Below, in pieces: positions 18,257 to 28,127 of a stretch of 64,000 nucleotides of DNA (positions are counted from its first letter, which is position 1; every line of letters begins with the position of its first letter). The notes beneath the pieces were generated by a model. That model ran no database searches and was not told where the DNA came from. It worked only from the letters and a program-made list of their open reading frames with translations. The stretch comes from an uncultured Bacilli bacterium (lineage in GTDB: Bacteria; Bacillota_I; Bacilli_A; RF39; UBA660), in the NCBI GenBank assembly GCA_910576795.1, contig CAJTIX010000002.1, positions 43,372 to 107,371 of the forward strand, read 5' to 3'. Made by a program: the position numbers and the translations under genes.

Positions 18257-18472
18257 TTGGATAAATTTAAAGTAATAAAAGAATATAAAGATTATTATTT
18301 ATGTGAACATGAAAAGCATAAATACAAAGAGTGCTTTAGTAAAATAGGATATAAACCAGATCAAGAAGGATATATTACAAAAGTTGAAACAGATTTAGGA
18401 CATATAAAACAAGTTCCAATGCCAAAGGATTTAGAAGAATCATATAACAAGTTTTTTAAGGTAGGTGTTTGA
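18257..18472 (+). CDS. Hypothetical protein
   Basis: 71-aa ORF. Confidence 0.35.
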   Translation: MDKFKVIKEYKDYYLCEHEKHKYKECFSKIGYKPDQEGYITKVETDLGHIKQVPMPKDLEESYNKFFKVGV

Positions 18473-18951
18473 TTATGAATACTTATAATAAAAATACGTT
18501 TCAAAAAACGGTTGCAATATTAGTAGGATATAACAAAATTAAAAAATCGATAGAAAATTTGGAAAAGCAACAAAAGGAATTAGAAGAAGAAAAGAATGAT
18601 ATAAAACAAGAAATTTCAAAACCTAACAGAGTTGTATTAAGAGAAAAAGATCAATTATATTATTATAGTGACGAAACTTTAAATAATAGAATAAACGAAA
18701 TACGTCAATTAGTTATAAAAGCCAAAGCAGAACTTAATTTTATAGATAATTGTTTAAAAGAAATACAAGCAGATAAATATTATGAAATAATCCCTTTATT
18801 TTTCTTTTCAAATAAAACAATCGAAGAATTGGCAGAATATTTTAATATTTCAACACAGTCAGTCCATTATAATAAAAATAGACTTATAAGAAGCCTGTCA
18901 TATTACTTAATACCACTTGACAAAATCGAAGAAATTAAGAAAATAGGTTGA
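18469..18951 (+). CDS. ArpU-family phage late transcriptional regulator (sigma-70 region-4-like)
   Basis: C-terminal ELAEYFNISTQSVHYNKNRLIRSL HTH; position just before packaging genes. Confidence 0.6.
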   Translation: MIMNTYNKNTFQKTVAILVGYNKIKKSIENLEKQQKELEEEKNDIKQEISKPNRVVLREKDQLYYYSDETLNNRINEIRQLVIKAKAELNFIDNCLKEIQADKYYEIIPLFFFSNKTIEELAEYFNISTQSVHYNKNRLIRSLSYYLIPLDKIEEIKKIG

Positions 18952-19066
18952 TTCGTTTAGAAATCAGGTTGATTTCATATTGATTTTATATATGTTATAA
19001 TGTGTAAAATGAAATAATTATAAATAAAAATTAATTGTTTCATTTTACCCCTTTTTATTCTTTTAT

Positions 19067-19088
19067 AACACTATCAGTTGATAGTGTT
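19067..19088. promoter_or_regulatory. 22-bp palindrome AACACTATCA-GT-TGATAGTGTT (tetO-like) in late-region control area
   Basis: 10-bp perfect inverted arms; intergenic between the ArpU-like gene and the late operon. Confidence 0.45.
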
Positions 19089-19225
19089 CCGATAATATGC
19101 TTATATAATGCATTGTGAAGTATAAAACCTATTACGAGGGACATATAAGTCATTATGAGTTTGTGGAAAGCTTATTTTTGATAGGTTAAAGTGATTACAT
19201 TTATATTATCGGTGCAGTATCAATT

Positions 19226-19260
19226 GATATGTTAATTGAATATTACTTATTTATGTGATA
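19226..19260 (+). promoter_or_regulatory. Putative promoter (TTGAAT-17-TGnTATAAT) for late-region transcription
   Basis: ttgaat, 17-nt spacer, tgatataat extended -10. Confidence 0.35.
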
Positions 19261-19290
19261 TAATCGTTGCAGAAATAAGAGGTACTAGAA

Positions 19291-19647
19291 ATGTCTAAAT
19301 ATTTTAATGAATTTACTTTAAAAGTTGGCAATCAAAAATTTTTAATTGAAAACCATATTTATATAAATAAAATATCAGAATATAATTTATATGCAGTTAG
19401 GCAATATTCTGATGAGCCTTTATTTTTGATATCATCATATTTTGTAGCCTTGTTATTTTCTAAAGAGATTTGTTTCTCTTCTGATGGCTATATAAGAATA
19501 AATAGATTAATTGATCTACTAAAAAGCAGAAAAGTAGTATTCAAAAATTGTTATTATGATATAGCATATAAAAAGAAAAACGAAATTAAAGAAGAATATA
19601 TGACAGATATTATTGAAAATCAAAATTTACTTAGATATAGAGATTAA
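19291..19647 (+). CDS. Hypothetical protein
   Basis: 118-aa ORF followed by hairpin terminator gacattcgaaagagtgtc plus T-run. Confidence 0.45.
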   Translation: MSKYFNEFTLKVGNQKFLIENHIYINKISEYNLYAVRQYSDEPLFLISSYFVALLFSKEICFSSDGYIRINRLIDLLKSRKVVFKNCYYDIAYKKKNEIKEEYMTDIIENQNLLRYRD

Positions 19648-19674
19648 GACATTCGAAAGAGTGTCTTTTATTTT

Positions 19675-19748
19675 GCTCCTATAGTTCAATGGTAGAACAA
19701 CGGTCTCCAAAACCGTATATTTGAGTTCGATTCTTGATGAGAGTGCCA
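19675..19748 (+). tRNA. Phage-encoded tRNA-Trp (anticodon CCA), imperfect acceptor stem
   Basis: Canonical D arm TAGTTCAATGGTAGAAC, anticodon stem-loop ACGGT-CTCCAAA-ACCGT, T-loop TTCGATT; acceptor has G1-U72 wobble and C5/A68 mismatch. Confidence 0.6.
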
Positions 19749-19752
19749 AAAT

Positions 19753-19826
19753 GGCAGGATAGAGTAATGGTAACTTATCAATTTCGTTAGTTGATGATGA
19801 TGGTTCGATTCCATCTCCTGCAACCA
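19753..19826 (+). tRNA. Phage-encoded tRNA-like gene, tentatively Thr (anticodon CGU), atypical
   Basis: T arm GATGG-TTCGATT-CCATC, D loop AATGGTA, CCA end; G1/A72 mismatch and U at position 37. Confidence 0.45.
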
Positions 19827-20044
19827 ATTATGAAAGAGAGGTAGACAATGATAAAAGTAAAAGCACTAGATACTTATGAAAAATTAAATATCAAAGATGA
19901 GCAGTTAAACATGATTCCAAAAAAAGGAAAGATATTTCAAGTAACAGAAAATAGATTGAAAGTTTTATTAGGAGATAATAGGCATCATGTTGCTTTTGTT
20001 GAAATAGTAGAAAATAAAAAATAAAAAATGAGAGGTGGTATATT

Positions 20045-20254
20045 ATGAATTTAGATAAATATATCAGAATACAACTCATGATATTATCTAAAAAATATGA
20101 TATATCAGTTGTAGAAGTTACTAAAGGTCAAGAAGATAGAATTTCAAAAAGCTATACAGTTAACTTTAAGGAAAAGAAAAAAGTTTCTATTAATCGACAA
20201 ATGCATTTTGGAAATAAAAAGAATCTAGTGAGTTGGTTAATGTGTCTAGAGTAA
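20045..20254 (+). CDS. Hypothetical protein
   Basis: 69-aa ORF with GAGGTGG SD. Confidence 0.35.
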   Translation: MNLDKYIRIQLMILSKKYDISVVEVTKGQEDRISKSYTVNFKEKKKVSINRQMHFGNKKNLVSWLMCLE

Positions 20255-20706
20255 AGCTAACTGATAAACAGAAAAAGAAAATAATAGCAGATTATATAAA
20301 TAATACTAACTTTAGTGAAACTGCTAGAATGAATCATGTTCATGCTTCTACAGTAAAAAGGTTAATAGATAGTGATTACGACAAAGATTTGCAAGAAAAG
20401 GCAGAACATAAAAAAGAAGAAAACACCAAAGATATTTTGGAATATCTAGATACAATTGGAAATCAACAAAGAGAAATAATTGATTTGTCATTAAAAGTTC
20501 TTGTTGAAAAATTGTCAAAACCAGATGCATTTACAAACATAAAGGACATTGCAACCGTTTATGGTGTTATCTATGATAAAGCAATTAAGTCTAAAGAATT
20601 GAAATTAAAACAAGAAGAATCACAATATAAAAACAATGCTTCTAAAGAGGTCTTAGATAAATTAGATACATTGTTAGAGGAACAAAAAAATGCCTATATG
20701 GACTAA
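20233..20706 (+). CDS. Terminase small subunit
   Basis: N-terminal HTH (NFSETARMNHVHASTVKRLI), size and position before the large subunit. Confidence 0.65.
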   Translation: MVNVSRVKLTDKQKKKIIADYINNTNFSETARMNHVHASTVKRLIDSDYDKDLQEKAEHKKEENTKDILEYLDTIGNQQREIIDLSLKVLVEKLSKPDAFTNIKDIATVYGVIYDKAIKSKELKLKQEESQYKNNASKEVLDKLDTLLEEQKNAYMD

Positions 20707-21976
20707 TAAACAAAAGGAATATGGAAGAAATGCAAATCATAGATGGAATTTTAAAGTTGGTGCTGTTCGTAGTGGAAAAACCTTTCAAGATAAAGAAGAT
20801 ATTATTCCTAGAAGAATAAGAGAACGAATCGGAAAAGAAGGTTTATGTGTAATAATAGGAGTTACAGAAGCTACAGTTGAAAGAAATGTTTTAAGACCGA
20901 TGCGAGATAAGTTTGGGAAAGAACTTGTTGGAACTATATCAAAAAATAAAGTTTGGCTATTTGGAGAAGAATGTTATGCATTAGGTGCAGAAAAAGTAAA
21001 TCAAGTGGCAAAAATTCAGGGTGCTAGTTTTAAATATGTTTATGGAGATGAAGTTGCAAAATGGAATAAAGAAGTATTTGATATGGTTAAATCAAGACTT
21101 GACCAAGATTATTCATTATTTGATGGTACTTGTAATCCAGAACAAGAAAACCATTGGTTAAAAGAATTTTTAGATAGTGATGCAGATATTTATCAGTTAC
21201 ATTATACGATAGATGATAATGATCATTTATCTGATACTTTCAAAGAGAATTTAAAAAAAGAATATTTTGGTACTGTAAAATATGACAGATACATTTTAGG
21301 ACTGTGGGTAAATGCAGAAGGTCTTATATATAAGAAGTTTGCTAATAATCCAAGCAAATATGCAATTAAATATGAAGCAGAAAAAAGAAATGGAATCTGG
21401 TATGATAATCTGCCAAAAGGAGATACAATTGTAGGTATTGACTATGGTGGTAATAAATCAGGACAAGCTTTTGTTGCAATTAGAATTAGCAATGATTATA
21501 CAAAAGTAATAGCATTGGCAAGTAGAAAATTTTCAAATGATTTGGATGATATTGATTCTAAAAAATTGGAAAATTTACAATATGAATTTATAGATTATGT
21601 TAGCAAGAAATTTCATTGCAATGTTGACTATGTTTATCCTGATAACGAAGAAACTGTGCATATAAGAAGCTTAAGAAATAGATGTAATGCAGAAGGATTA
21701 GAAACAATAGTAAGAGGTTGTAAAAAAGAACCTATAAATACAAGAATAGATTGTCAAAACACTATGTTAGGTTTTGACATTTTTGGTTATATAGAAGGCG
21801 AGTGTGTTAGTTTAGTGGATGCTTTAAAAAGTGCCTTGTGGGATGATACTAAATTAGAGGATGAAAGATTAGATAATTTTACTACAGATGTTGATACGTT
21901 GGATGCATACGAATATTCCTTTGAAAGATATATGAAAAGAATAAATGATGCAATAAAGAGAGGAGAATATACATGA
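20690..21976 (+). CDS. Terminase large subunit
   Basis: Walker A VGAVRSGKT, 428 aa, overlaps TerS. Confidence 0.8.
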   Translation: MPIWTNKQKEYGRNANHRWNFKVGAVRSGKTFQDKEDIIPRRIRERIGKEGLCVIIGVTEATVERNVLRPMRDKFGKELVGTISKNKVWLFGEECYALGAEKVNQVAKIQGASFKYVYGDEVAKWNKEVFDMVKSRLDQDYSLFDGTCNPEQENHWLKEFLDSDADIYQLHYTIDDNDHLSDTFKENLKKEYFGTVKYDRYILGLWVNAEGLIYKKFANNPSKYAIKYEAEKRNGIWYDNLPKGDTIVGIDYGGNKSGQAFVAIRISNDYTKVIALASRKFSNDLDDIDSKKLENLQYEFIDYVSKKFHCNVDYVYPDNEETVHIRSLRNRCNAEGLETIVRGCKKEPINTRIDCQNTMLGFDIFGYIEGECVSLVDALKSALWDDTKLEDERLDNFTTDVDTLDAYEYSFERYMKRINDAIKRGEYT

Positions 21977-23271
21977 TTAGAACAATGTGGGATAAAATAC
22001 TTGCTTTGTTTGGAAAAAAGAAAGTAGATAACGATAGACAACAAGAAGAAAATGAAAAATTTGTTACTCATTATGAAGATACAAAAGATATCAATTTTAC
22101 AGCCATTTTTGCAAATAAACTAGCTAATTATGTTGTTAGTGACAGTAATATAGATGTAACAGGAGATAATCAAAGAAGTGTTATATTACAGGATGTATTA
22201 AAGAAGTTGAAAAAGAAACTAAAGAAAATTGTTTCTCGAGAAATTGGAACAGGTGGAGTATTAGTAGTTCCTTATGTTGCCAACAACAAAATAAACTTCA
22301 ATGTTATAACACAGAATCGATTGAACATTAATAAGAAAATCGGTGAGGATATTATAGATTGTACAATATTAGCAGAACATATTGTACGAGACCAAAAGAA
22401 TTATTACAGATGGGCAGATTATACATTAGAAAATGGTAATTTATATATTAAATATAGGGCTACTGTGGAAAGTAGTCCTATTTCTATGGAAACAGTTATA
22501 GAATGGGCAAACATTAAAGATATAGCAATTACTAATGTTGAAAGAATGCCATTTATGTATATCAAATCTCCAGTCGATAATAGACAAGAAAATGATGATT
22601 ATGGAGTTCCAATTACATACGGTTGTGAAAAACAAATATCTAAAATTATGCACACTTTAAATCAAATTGAAAGAGAATATGACTTAAAAGAAGTATTTGT
22701 TGGTGCAAACGAGTCAATGTTCAAAGGTCCAGGAGCATTACCTAGTAATGGAATATATAAAAAAATAAATAGTGATGAAACAGACTTTTGGGAAGTATTT
22801 GATCCAGCATTTCGTGATACACCGCTTTTTAATAAGTTAATGAACGAATGTTCAATGTTAGAAAAACAAATTGGAACAAGTGAAGGAATTCTTACAAAGG
22901 CAGAAACAAAAAATGCTACTGCCACTGAAATAAAGAAAATCTTAAAAGATACGTTTGATATATGTGATGACATACGAGATGGACTAGAGGATGGATTAAA
23001 AGATTTCTTATATGCCTGTGATGTGCTAGCAAATTATTACAATCTTTCTCCTCAAGGAGAATATGAACTATCTACAGATTGGTCTTATTCTTTATTAGAA
23101 GATAGTCAACAAGAATTCAATCAGTTGTTACAAGGAGAAGCAAGAGGTGTGATTAAAAAAGCCGAAATAAGGCAATACTTGAAACCACATGAGAACTTGA
23201 AAGAAGCACAAGCAGTTATTGATGAAATAAAAAAAGAAAATCCTAGTACAAAGGATTTATTAGGAGGATGA
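21973..23271 (+). CDS. Portal protein
   Basis: 432 aa directly after TerL; acidic C-terminus; SPP1-like gene order. Confidence 0.65.
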   Translation: MIRTMWDKILALFGKKKVDNDRQQEENEKFVTHYEDTKDINFTAIFANKLANYVVSDSNIDVTGDNQRSVILQDVLKKLKKKLKKIVSREIGTGGVLVVPYVANNKINFNVITQNRLNINKKIGEDIIDCTILAEHIVRDQKNYYRWADYTLENGNLYIKYRATVESSPISMETVIEWANIKDIAITNVERMPFMYIKSPVDNRQENDDYGVPITYGCEKQISKIMHTLNQIEREYDLKEVFVGANESMFKGPGALPSNGIYKKINSDETDFWEVFDPAFRDTPLFNKLMNECSMLEKQIGTSEGILTKAETKNATATEIKKILKDTFDICDDIRDGLEDGLKDFLYACDVLANYYNLSPQGEYELSTDWSYSLLEDSQQEFNQLLQGEARGVIKKAEIRQYLKPHENLKEAQAVIDEIKKENPSTKDLLGG

Positions 23272-23483
23272 TTATGAATGTCTATATAAATGGAAAAGAA
23301 TATATTAATCAATTTGAAGTTAATATAGAACCAATTACCTACTTTGATTGTGACAGTAATAGCAACCAAATAGAAAGTTATCTTTTATATATGTGGAAAG
23401 AAGGGCAATTTGAGAAGATTAAATTGCCAATTGAAACTAAATTTACATTAAAGAATAGAAGTTTGTTTATTGAATTTGATTAG
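23268..23483 (+). CDS. Hypothetical protein
   Basis: 71-aa ORF. Confidence 0.35.
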   Translation: MIMNVYINGKEYINQFEVNIEPITYFDCDSNSNQIESYLLYMWKEGQFEKIKLPIETKFTLKNRSLFIEFD

Positions 23484-23494
23484 GTGGTGATTAT

Positions 23495-23896
23495 ATGTTT
23501 GAAATGAACGGAATTAAATGGCAAGTAGTAGAAGTTGAACAAGAAAAACTGTGGAATGAACAAAGAGAAAGTTTCAAAGATGATGGGAACCACATTTTAG
23601 GTAAATGTATGCCTTTTGAAAAAAAAATACTCATAAGTCAAGAATTGTGTTATGAACAAAAAAGAAAAACACTTATTCATGAATTAACACATTGTTACAT
23701 AGCAAGCTATATAACTTTTAATGAAAAAGAATATACAGAGGATGATTTCTGTGATATCAATGCTAATAGTTTTGATATAATCCAAAAAATTGTAGATAAG
23801 ATTTATCCTATGACAGTAGAAATTGTTACAACAAATATTATTCTAGATGGTAAAAAGATTGCAGAAACAATAAAGGGACAAGGTAATGTTAAGTGA
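23495..23896 (+). CDS. HExxH motif protein (putative zinc metallopeptidase-like)
   Basis: IHELTHCY (HEXXH) motif; 133 aa. Confidence 0.4.
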   Translation: MFEMNGIKWQVVEVEQEKLWNEQRESFKDDGNHILGKCMPFEKKILISQELCYEQKRKTLIHELTHCYIASYITFNEKEYTEDDFCDINANSFDIIQKIVDKIYPMTVEIVTTNIILDGKKIAETIKGQGNVK

Positions 23897-25580
23897 AGAA
23901 TCTTTAGAAAGATTATCTGAAAGACTTGTTAATCGAATAGAAGAATTAAATCTATTTATGATTGAAAAATTAGGAGAACAAATAGTTGATATAGGAACTC
24001 TTACACCTAGTCAGTTGCGAGAAGTGTTTCAATCGATTAAATATGGCAATAATCTTGATGAAATTGTAAATAAAATTGCAGAAATAACAGATAAGAATGT
24101 GAATGATATTTATGAAATATTTGAGGAAGTAGCAAAGCAATGCCAGGAATATGCTAAACAGTTTTATAAATATAAAAACATTAAATTTATTCCTTTTGAA
24201 GAGAACCAAACGCTAAAACAGCAAGTCAAAACAATTGCAAAAGCAACAGTTGATGAATACATGAATATGAGTGAGACAATGGCTTATACATTCTATAATG
24301 ATTCAGGAATTAGGGAATTTAGTTCTTTATCCGAAACATATCAAAAAGTAACTGATAGAGCAATATTAAGTTTCTCACAAGGTCGTGAATCGTTTGATAT
24401 GATTATGAAACGAACTATGCGAGAATTAACTAGTCAAGGATTACGAACTGTTGACTATGCGAGTGGCTATTTAAGAAGAATGGATAGTTCTGTTCGAATG
24501 AATTTAATGGATGGTATTAGAAGGTTAAATAGAGAACTACAAACTCAATTCGGAAAAGAATTCGGTGCTGATGGTGTAGAAGTATCACATCATAAGAATG
24601 CAGCACCTGATCACATTAATACAGTGGATGGGCAACAATTTAGCATTAATGGAGAAGTTACAGTCAAAGGTATTAAGTATTTTAATTATGATACCGTAAA
24701 TGACAATCTAGAAAGGCATGTAGGAGAGCTTAATTGTTATCATTTTGTTTATTCAATTGTGCTTGGGGTATCTAAACCTTTATATTCTAAAGAAGACCTA
24801 GAAGCTGATAAAAAGGCTAATATAGAAGGTTTTGAGTTCGAAGGCAAACATTATACTATGTATGAGGGAACACAGCTACAAAGACAAATAGAAACGAAAA
24901 TACGGCAATATAAAGATAGACAAATAGGTGCTAAAGCAATTAAGGACACTGATGAGATATATCACTGTGAAGAAAAGATAAGACAACTTACACAAAAGTA
25001 TCATGAATTATCCGATACTAGTGGTTTACCTACTAAAATTGACCGATTAAGAGTTGAAGGATATAAACGTGTTTCGATTAAGAAAGATACAAATCCATAT
25101 AAAGATGTAACTCAAGAATGGCTAGATAAAGCAACTCCTAATAGCCATGAAGTAAAAGATAGAAGTTACTTTGAACACAATGGTGTTAAATATAAAGTTG
25201 ATGGTAAAAATGTAGTCCTTGATTATTCTAACAAAGAAAAAGAAGTTGCAGAATGGTTGGAAAATACATTTGGTGGAGAATTATATATGATTCCAAGAAT
25301 AAATAATCCTAGTGGAATTCAAACACCAGATTATATATTTAGAAACAACAAGTGGGACTTAAAAACAATTATTGGTAATGGTAAGCAAGTGTTATATCAT
25401 TCTGTGTATAAGAAAAAAGAACAAAGTGATAATTTTATTTTTGATGTATCTTCTTCAAAATTGAGTATGGATGAGGTTGTACAACAAATAGACAAACTAT
25501 ACAAAAGAAAGGATGTACCATTCATTAATGAAATCATTGTAAAAAAAGATAATGATTTTATAGTATTCAAAAGAAAATAA
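23886..25580 (+). CDS. MuF-like head morphogenesis / minor capsid protein with about 250-aa C-terminal extension
   Basis: Central region resembles SPP1 gp7/Mu F family; the C-terminal extension contains a PD...DxK-like segment (TPDYIFRNNKWDLK). Confidence 0.6.
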   Translation: MLSEESLERLSERLVNRIEELNLFMIEKLGEQIVDIGTLTPSQLREVFQSIKYGNNLDEIVNKIAEITDKNVNDIYEIFEEVAKQCQEYAKQFYKYKNIKFIPFEENQTLKQQVKTIAKATVDEYMNMSETMAYTFYNDSGIREFSSLSETYQKVTDRAILSFSQGRESFDMIMKRTMRELTSQGLRTVDYASGYLRRMDSSVRMNLMDGIRRLNRELQTQFGKEFGADGVEVSHHKNAAPDHINTVDGQQFSINGEVTVKGIKYFNYDTVNDNLERHVGELNCYHFVYSIVLGVSKPLYSKEDLEADKKANIEGFEFEGKHYTMYEGTQLQRQIETKIRQYKDRQIGAKAIKDTDEIYHCEEKIRQLTQKYHELSDTSGLPTKIDRLRVEGYKRVSIKKDTNPYKDVTQEWLDKATPNSHEVKDRSYFEHNGVKYKVDGKNVVLDYSNKEKEVAEWLENTFGGELYMIPRINNPSGIQTPDYIFRNNKWDLKTIIGNGKQVLYHSVYKKKEQSDNFIFDVSSSKLSMDEVVQQIDKLYKRKDVPFINEIIVKKDNDFIVFKRK

Positions 25581-25672
25581 AAAAGAATGCGACCGCACTG
25601 TAAAGTCAGTACGACCACATTCATTACATATAATATACACTTTTTTGGAAATTATGTCAAATTTCCATTTAT

Positions 25673-25749
25673 CTAGTAATAGCACAATTTGGTAGTGCAC
25701 TACATTTGGGATGTAGAGGTTGGGGGTTCAAATCCCTCTTACTAGACCA
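25673..25749 (+). tRNA. Phage-encoded tRNA-Pro (anticodon UGG)
   Basis: C1-G72 acceptor CTAGTAA/TTACTAG, D arm GCAC-AATTTGGTA-GTGC, anticodon arm CTACA-TTTGGGA-TGTAG, T-loop TTCAAAT, CCA. Confidence 0.75.
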
Positions 25750-25873
25750 TTTATTTTTAGTCGATTAAATATCGGCTTTTTTATTGGTCTATCTTAAAGA
25801 CTTGAAAGAAAAGATAGTTTCTAAAAATCTGGGAGGACAAAACCTCTTGAAAAAATTGGAAGGAGAATGAGAA

Positions 25874-26452
25874 ATGAAAGAATTTTTAGAAGGATTAGAA
25901 ATCGGAGAGAACAAAGCAAAATTAAGTAAAGAGGAAATTGATTCTATTTTAACTAAACATGGAAAGACAGTTACTGTCGAAACTGAAAAAGTGAAAACAG
26001 GATTAGAAAATGAAATCAATACTTATAAGACAACTATCACAAATTTGGAAAATCAAATCAAAGATATGCCTAGTTCTGATGATGTTACTAAACTTCAAAA
26101 CGAAATTGCAACTATGAAAGAAGCAGAAACAAAAAGGATTGCCGAAGAAAAGGCAAAAGCAGAAGACGAAACTTTAACCAACAATATTATTTCTGTATTT
26201 GGAGACAAAAAATTTACAAGTGATTATGTAAAAAATGGTCTTATTTCTGATATTAAATCAGAATTATCAAAAACAGAAAATAAAGGTAAAGGTATAAGTG
26301 AAATCTTCGAAAGTCTTACAAAAGACAAAAGTGGAATTTTTGAAAATCCAAATCAACCTGCTGATATGCCACCAATGGGTGAAGGTGGGCAAAATTTAAA
26401 TAACGGTGCAGATGGATTTGTTTCAATTATTCAAGAAGCTCAAAGAAAATAA
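25874..26452 (+). CDS. Scaffolding protein
   Basis: 192 aa, highly charged coiled coil, position before the capsid gene. Confidence 0.55.
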   Translation: MKEFLEGLEIGENKAKLSKEEIDSILTKHGKTVTVETEKVKTGLENEINTYKTTITNLENQIKDMPSSDDVTKLQNEIATMKEAETKRIAEEKAKAEDETLTNNIISVFGDKKFTSDYVKNGLISDIKSELSKTENKGKGISEIFESLTKDKSGIFENPNQPADMPPMGEGGQNLNNGADGFVSIIQEAQRK

Positions 26453-26475
26453 GAAAAAGGAAGGAATGATTTATT

Positions 26476-27405
26476 ATGTATTTAAAAGATGAGCTAAAAG
26501 GATTTGTTCCTACGGAACAAGCAAAAAATATTATTAAAAATGTAGCACAAAATTCTGTATTGATGAAATTATCAAATGTTCAATCAATGAATAGTGATAA
26601 AAAGATTTTTAATGTTCTAACTGATGGTGCAGGTGCTTACTGGGTTGGAGAAGGAGAAAGAATTAAAACTTCTAAAGCAACTTGGATTCATCCAGAAATG
26701 GTAGCTAAAAAATTAGCAGTTATTATTCCTGTAACAAAAGAAAAACTAGAAGATACTACAATTGCAGTATTTAAAGAATTAGAAGAAGTAATTGGGGAGG
26801 CATTTTATAAAACTCTTGATAGTGCTGGAATATTTGGCACTAATTCACCATTTGCTAAAAACATTTTAAAATCAGCAACTGATGCAGGTAATATTATTCA
26901 AATAGGAACTAATGGGGATGGAAAAATTGATTTAGATGTATCTGATGCTATGGCATTAGTTGAAGAAGAAGATTTAGATGTCACTTCATTTATTGCTAGA
27001 AAAGGTATCAAAAATACTTTAAGAAAATTAAGAGATGCTAATGGTAATCAATTATATGCTGATGGTGTAAACGGCGGTGAATTTTATAATAATCCTATCG
27101 AATTTGCACAAAAAGGTGTATGGGATAAAACTAAAGCAGAAATCATTGGTGGTGACTTCAAAAAATATTCATTAGTTGGTATCAGAGATGGTATTAAATA
27201 TGAAATCTTAACTGAAGCAACATTGCAAGGAACTGTGGATGAAGATGGCAAACCAATTTCATTAGCAGAGCAAGATTTAGTAGCTATTAAAGCAACTATG
27301 AGAGTAGGATACTTACCAGTAAAAGATGAGGCTTTCTGCGCAATTGTTCCAAAAACAGAGGCAACAGAAGAAGTTACCGAACAATCTATAGAAGAGAGGG
27401 AATAA
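26476..27405 (+). CDS. Major capsid protein
   Basis: 309 aa after scaffold; composition and position typical of HK97-fold major capsid protein. Confidence 0.65.
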   Translation: MYLKDELKGFVPTEQAKNIIKNVAQNSVLMKLSNVQSMNSDKKIFNVLTDGAGAYWVGEGERIKTSKATWIHPEMVAKKLAVIIPVTKEKLEDTTIAVFKELEEVIGEAFYKTLDSAGIFGTNSPFAKNILKSATDAGNIIQIGTNGDGKIDLDVSDAMALVEEEDLDVTSFIARKGIKNTLRKLRDANGNQLYADGVNGGEFYNNPIEFAQKGVWDKTKAEIIGGDFKKYSLVGIRDGIKYEILTEATLQGTVDEDGKPISLAEQDLVAIKATMRVGYLPVKDEAFCAIVPKTEATEEVTEQSIEERE

Positions 27406-27408
27406 AAT

Positions 27409-27738
27409 ATGAATAAGTACAAGAAAGGAAACCTAGTCATTTTTGCGACTGAAAAAAGCTATAATACTATTTATAAAAATCAAGGGTATGTTCCTTGTGA
27501 TATAAATGAAGAACAATTCTTGAACGATAATACCGAACTAGAAACAGTTAAAGCAGAGTTAGAATCAACAAAACAAGAATTAAACAATGCCAATGCTGAA
27601 CTAGAAACAGTTAAAGTTGCAGTTGAGGATATGCAAAAGAAAATTGATGAATTAACTGCAGAAAACGAAAAATTAAAGGTTGATTTAGAAAAGAAGAATT
27701 CTAAATCTAAAAAAGAAGAAACAAAAGAAAATGAGTAA
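27409..27738 (+). CDS. Hypothetical coiled-coil protein (head-associated?)
   Basis: 109 aa with repeated ELETVK segments. Confidence 0.4.
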   Translation: MNKYKKGNLVIFATEKSYNTIYKNQGYVPCDINEEQFLNDNTELETVKAELESTKQELNNANAELETVKVAVEDMQKKIDELTAENEKLKVDLEKKNSKSKKEETKENE

Positions 27739-27755
27739 TCAAGGAGGGCAATTCT

Positions 27756-28127
27756 ATGAAATTTGAAAACCAATATCTAACTTATGATGAGTATAAAGAA
27801 TTAGGAGGGAAACTTATAGAAAAGCCCTTTAATTTATTAGAATATAGAGCAGAAAAGAAAATAGATGAGTTATCATCTAATAGATTTAGAAAACTATCAG
27901 AATATCCAAAAGAATTGAAATTATGTGTGTATGACTTGATAGATGTTTTCAATAGCGAAGGCAATTCTAGTGTAGTAAGCGAAACGGTCGGAAATTATAG
28001 CAAAACAAACCAATCCAAACAAAATATAGAAAAGACAAAGATGGAAATCATTAATCAGTATTTATCAGAGTACAAGATTGATGATGTTTTTGTTTTATAT
28101 AGAGGTATGGATTGCTATGGAAACTAA
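27756..28127 (+). CDS. Putative head-tail connector protein
   Basis: Position and size. Confidence 0.4.
   Translation: MKFENQYLTYDEYKELGGKLIEKPFNLLEYRAEKKIDELSSNRFRKLSEYPKELKLCVYDLIDVFNSEGNSSVVSETVGNYSKTNQSKQNIEKTKMEIINQYLSEYKIDDVFVLYRGMDCYGN

Noticed and set aside
19627-19827. 66-aa minus-strand ORF (contains GIEPS)
   Set aside because: Reverse translation of the two tRNA genes; the T-arm sequence gives this characteristic peptide.
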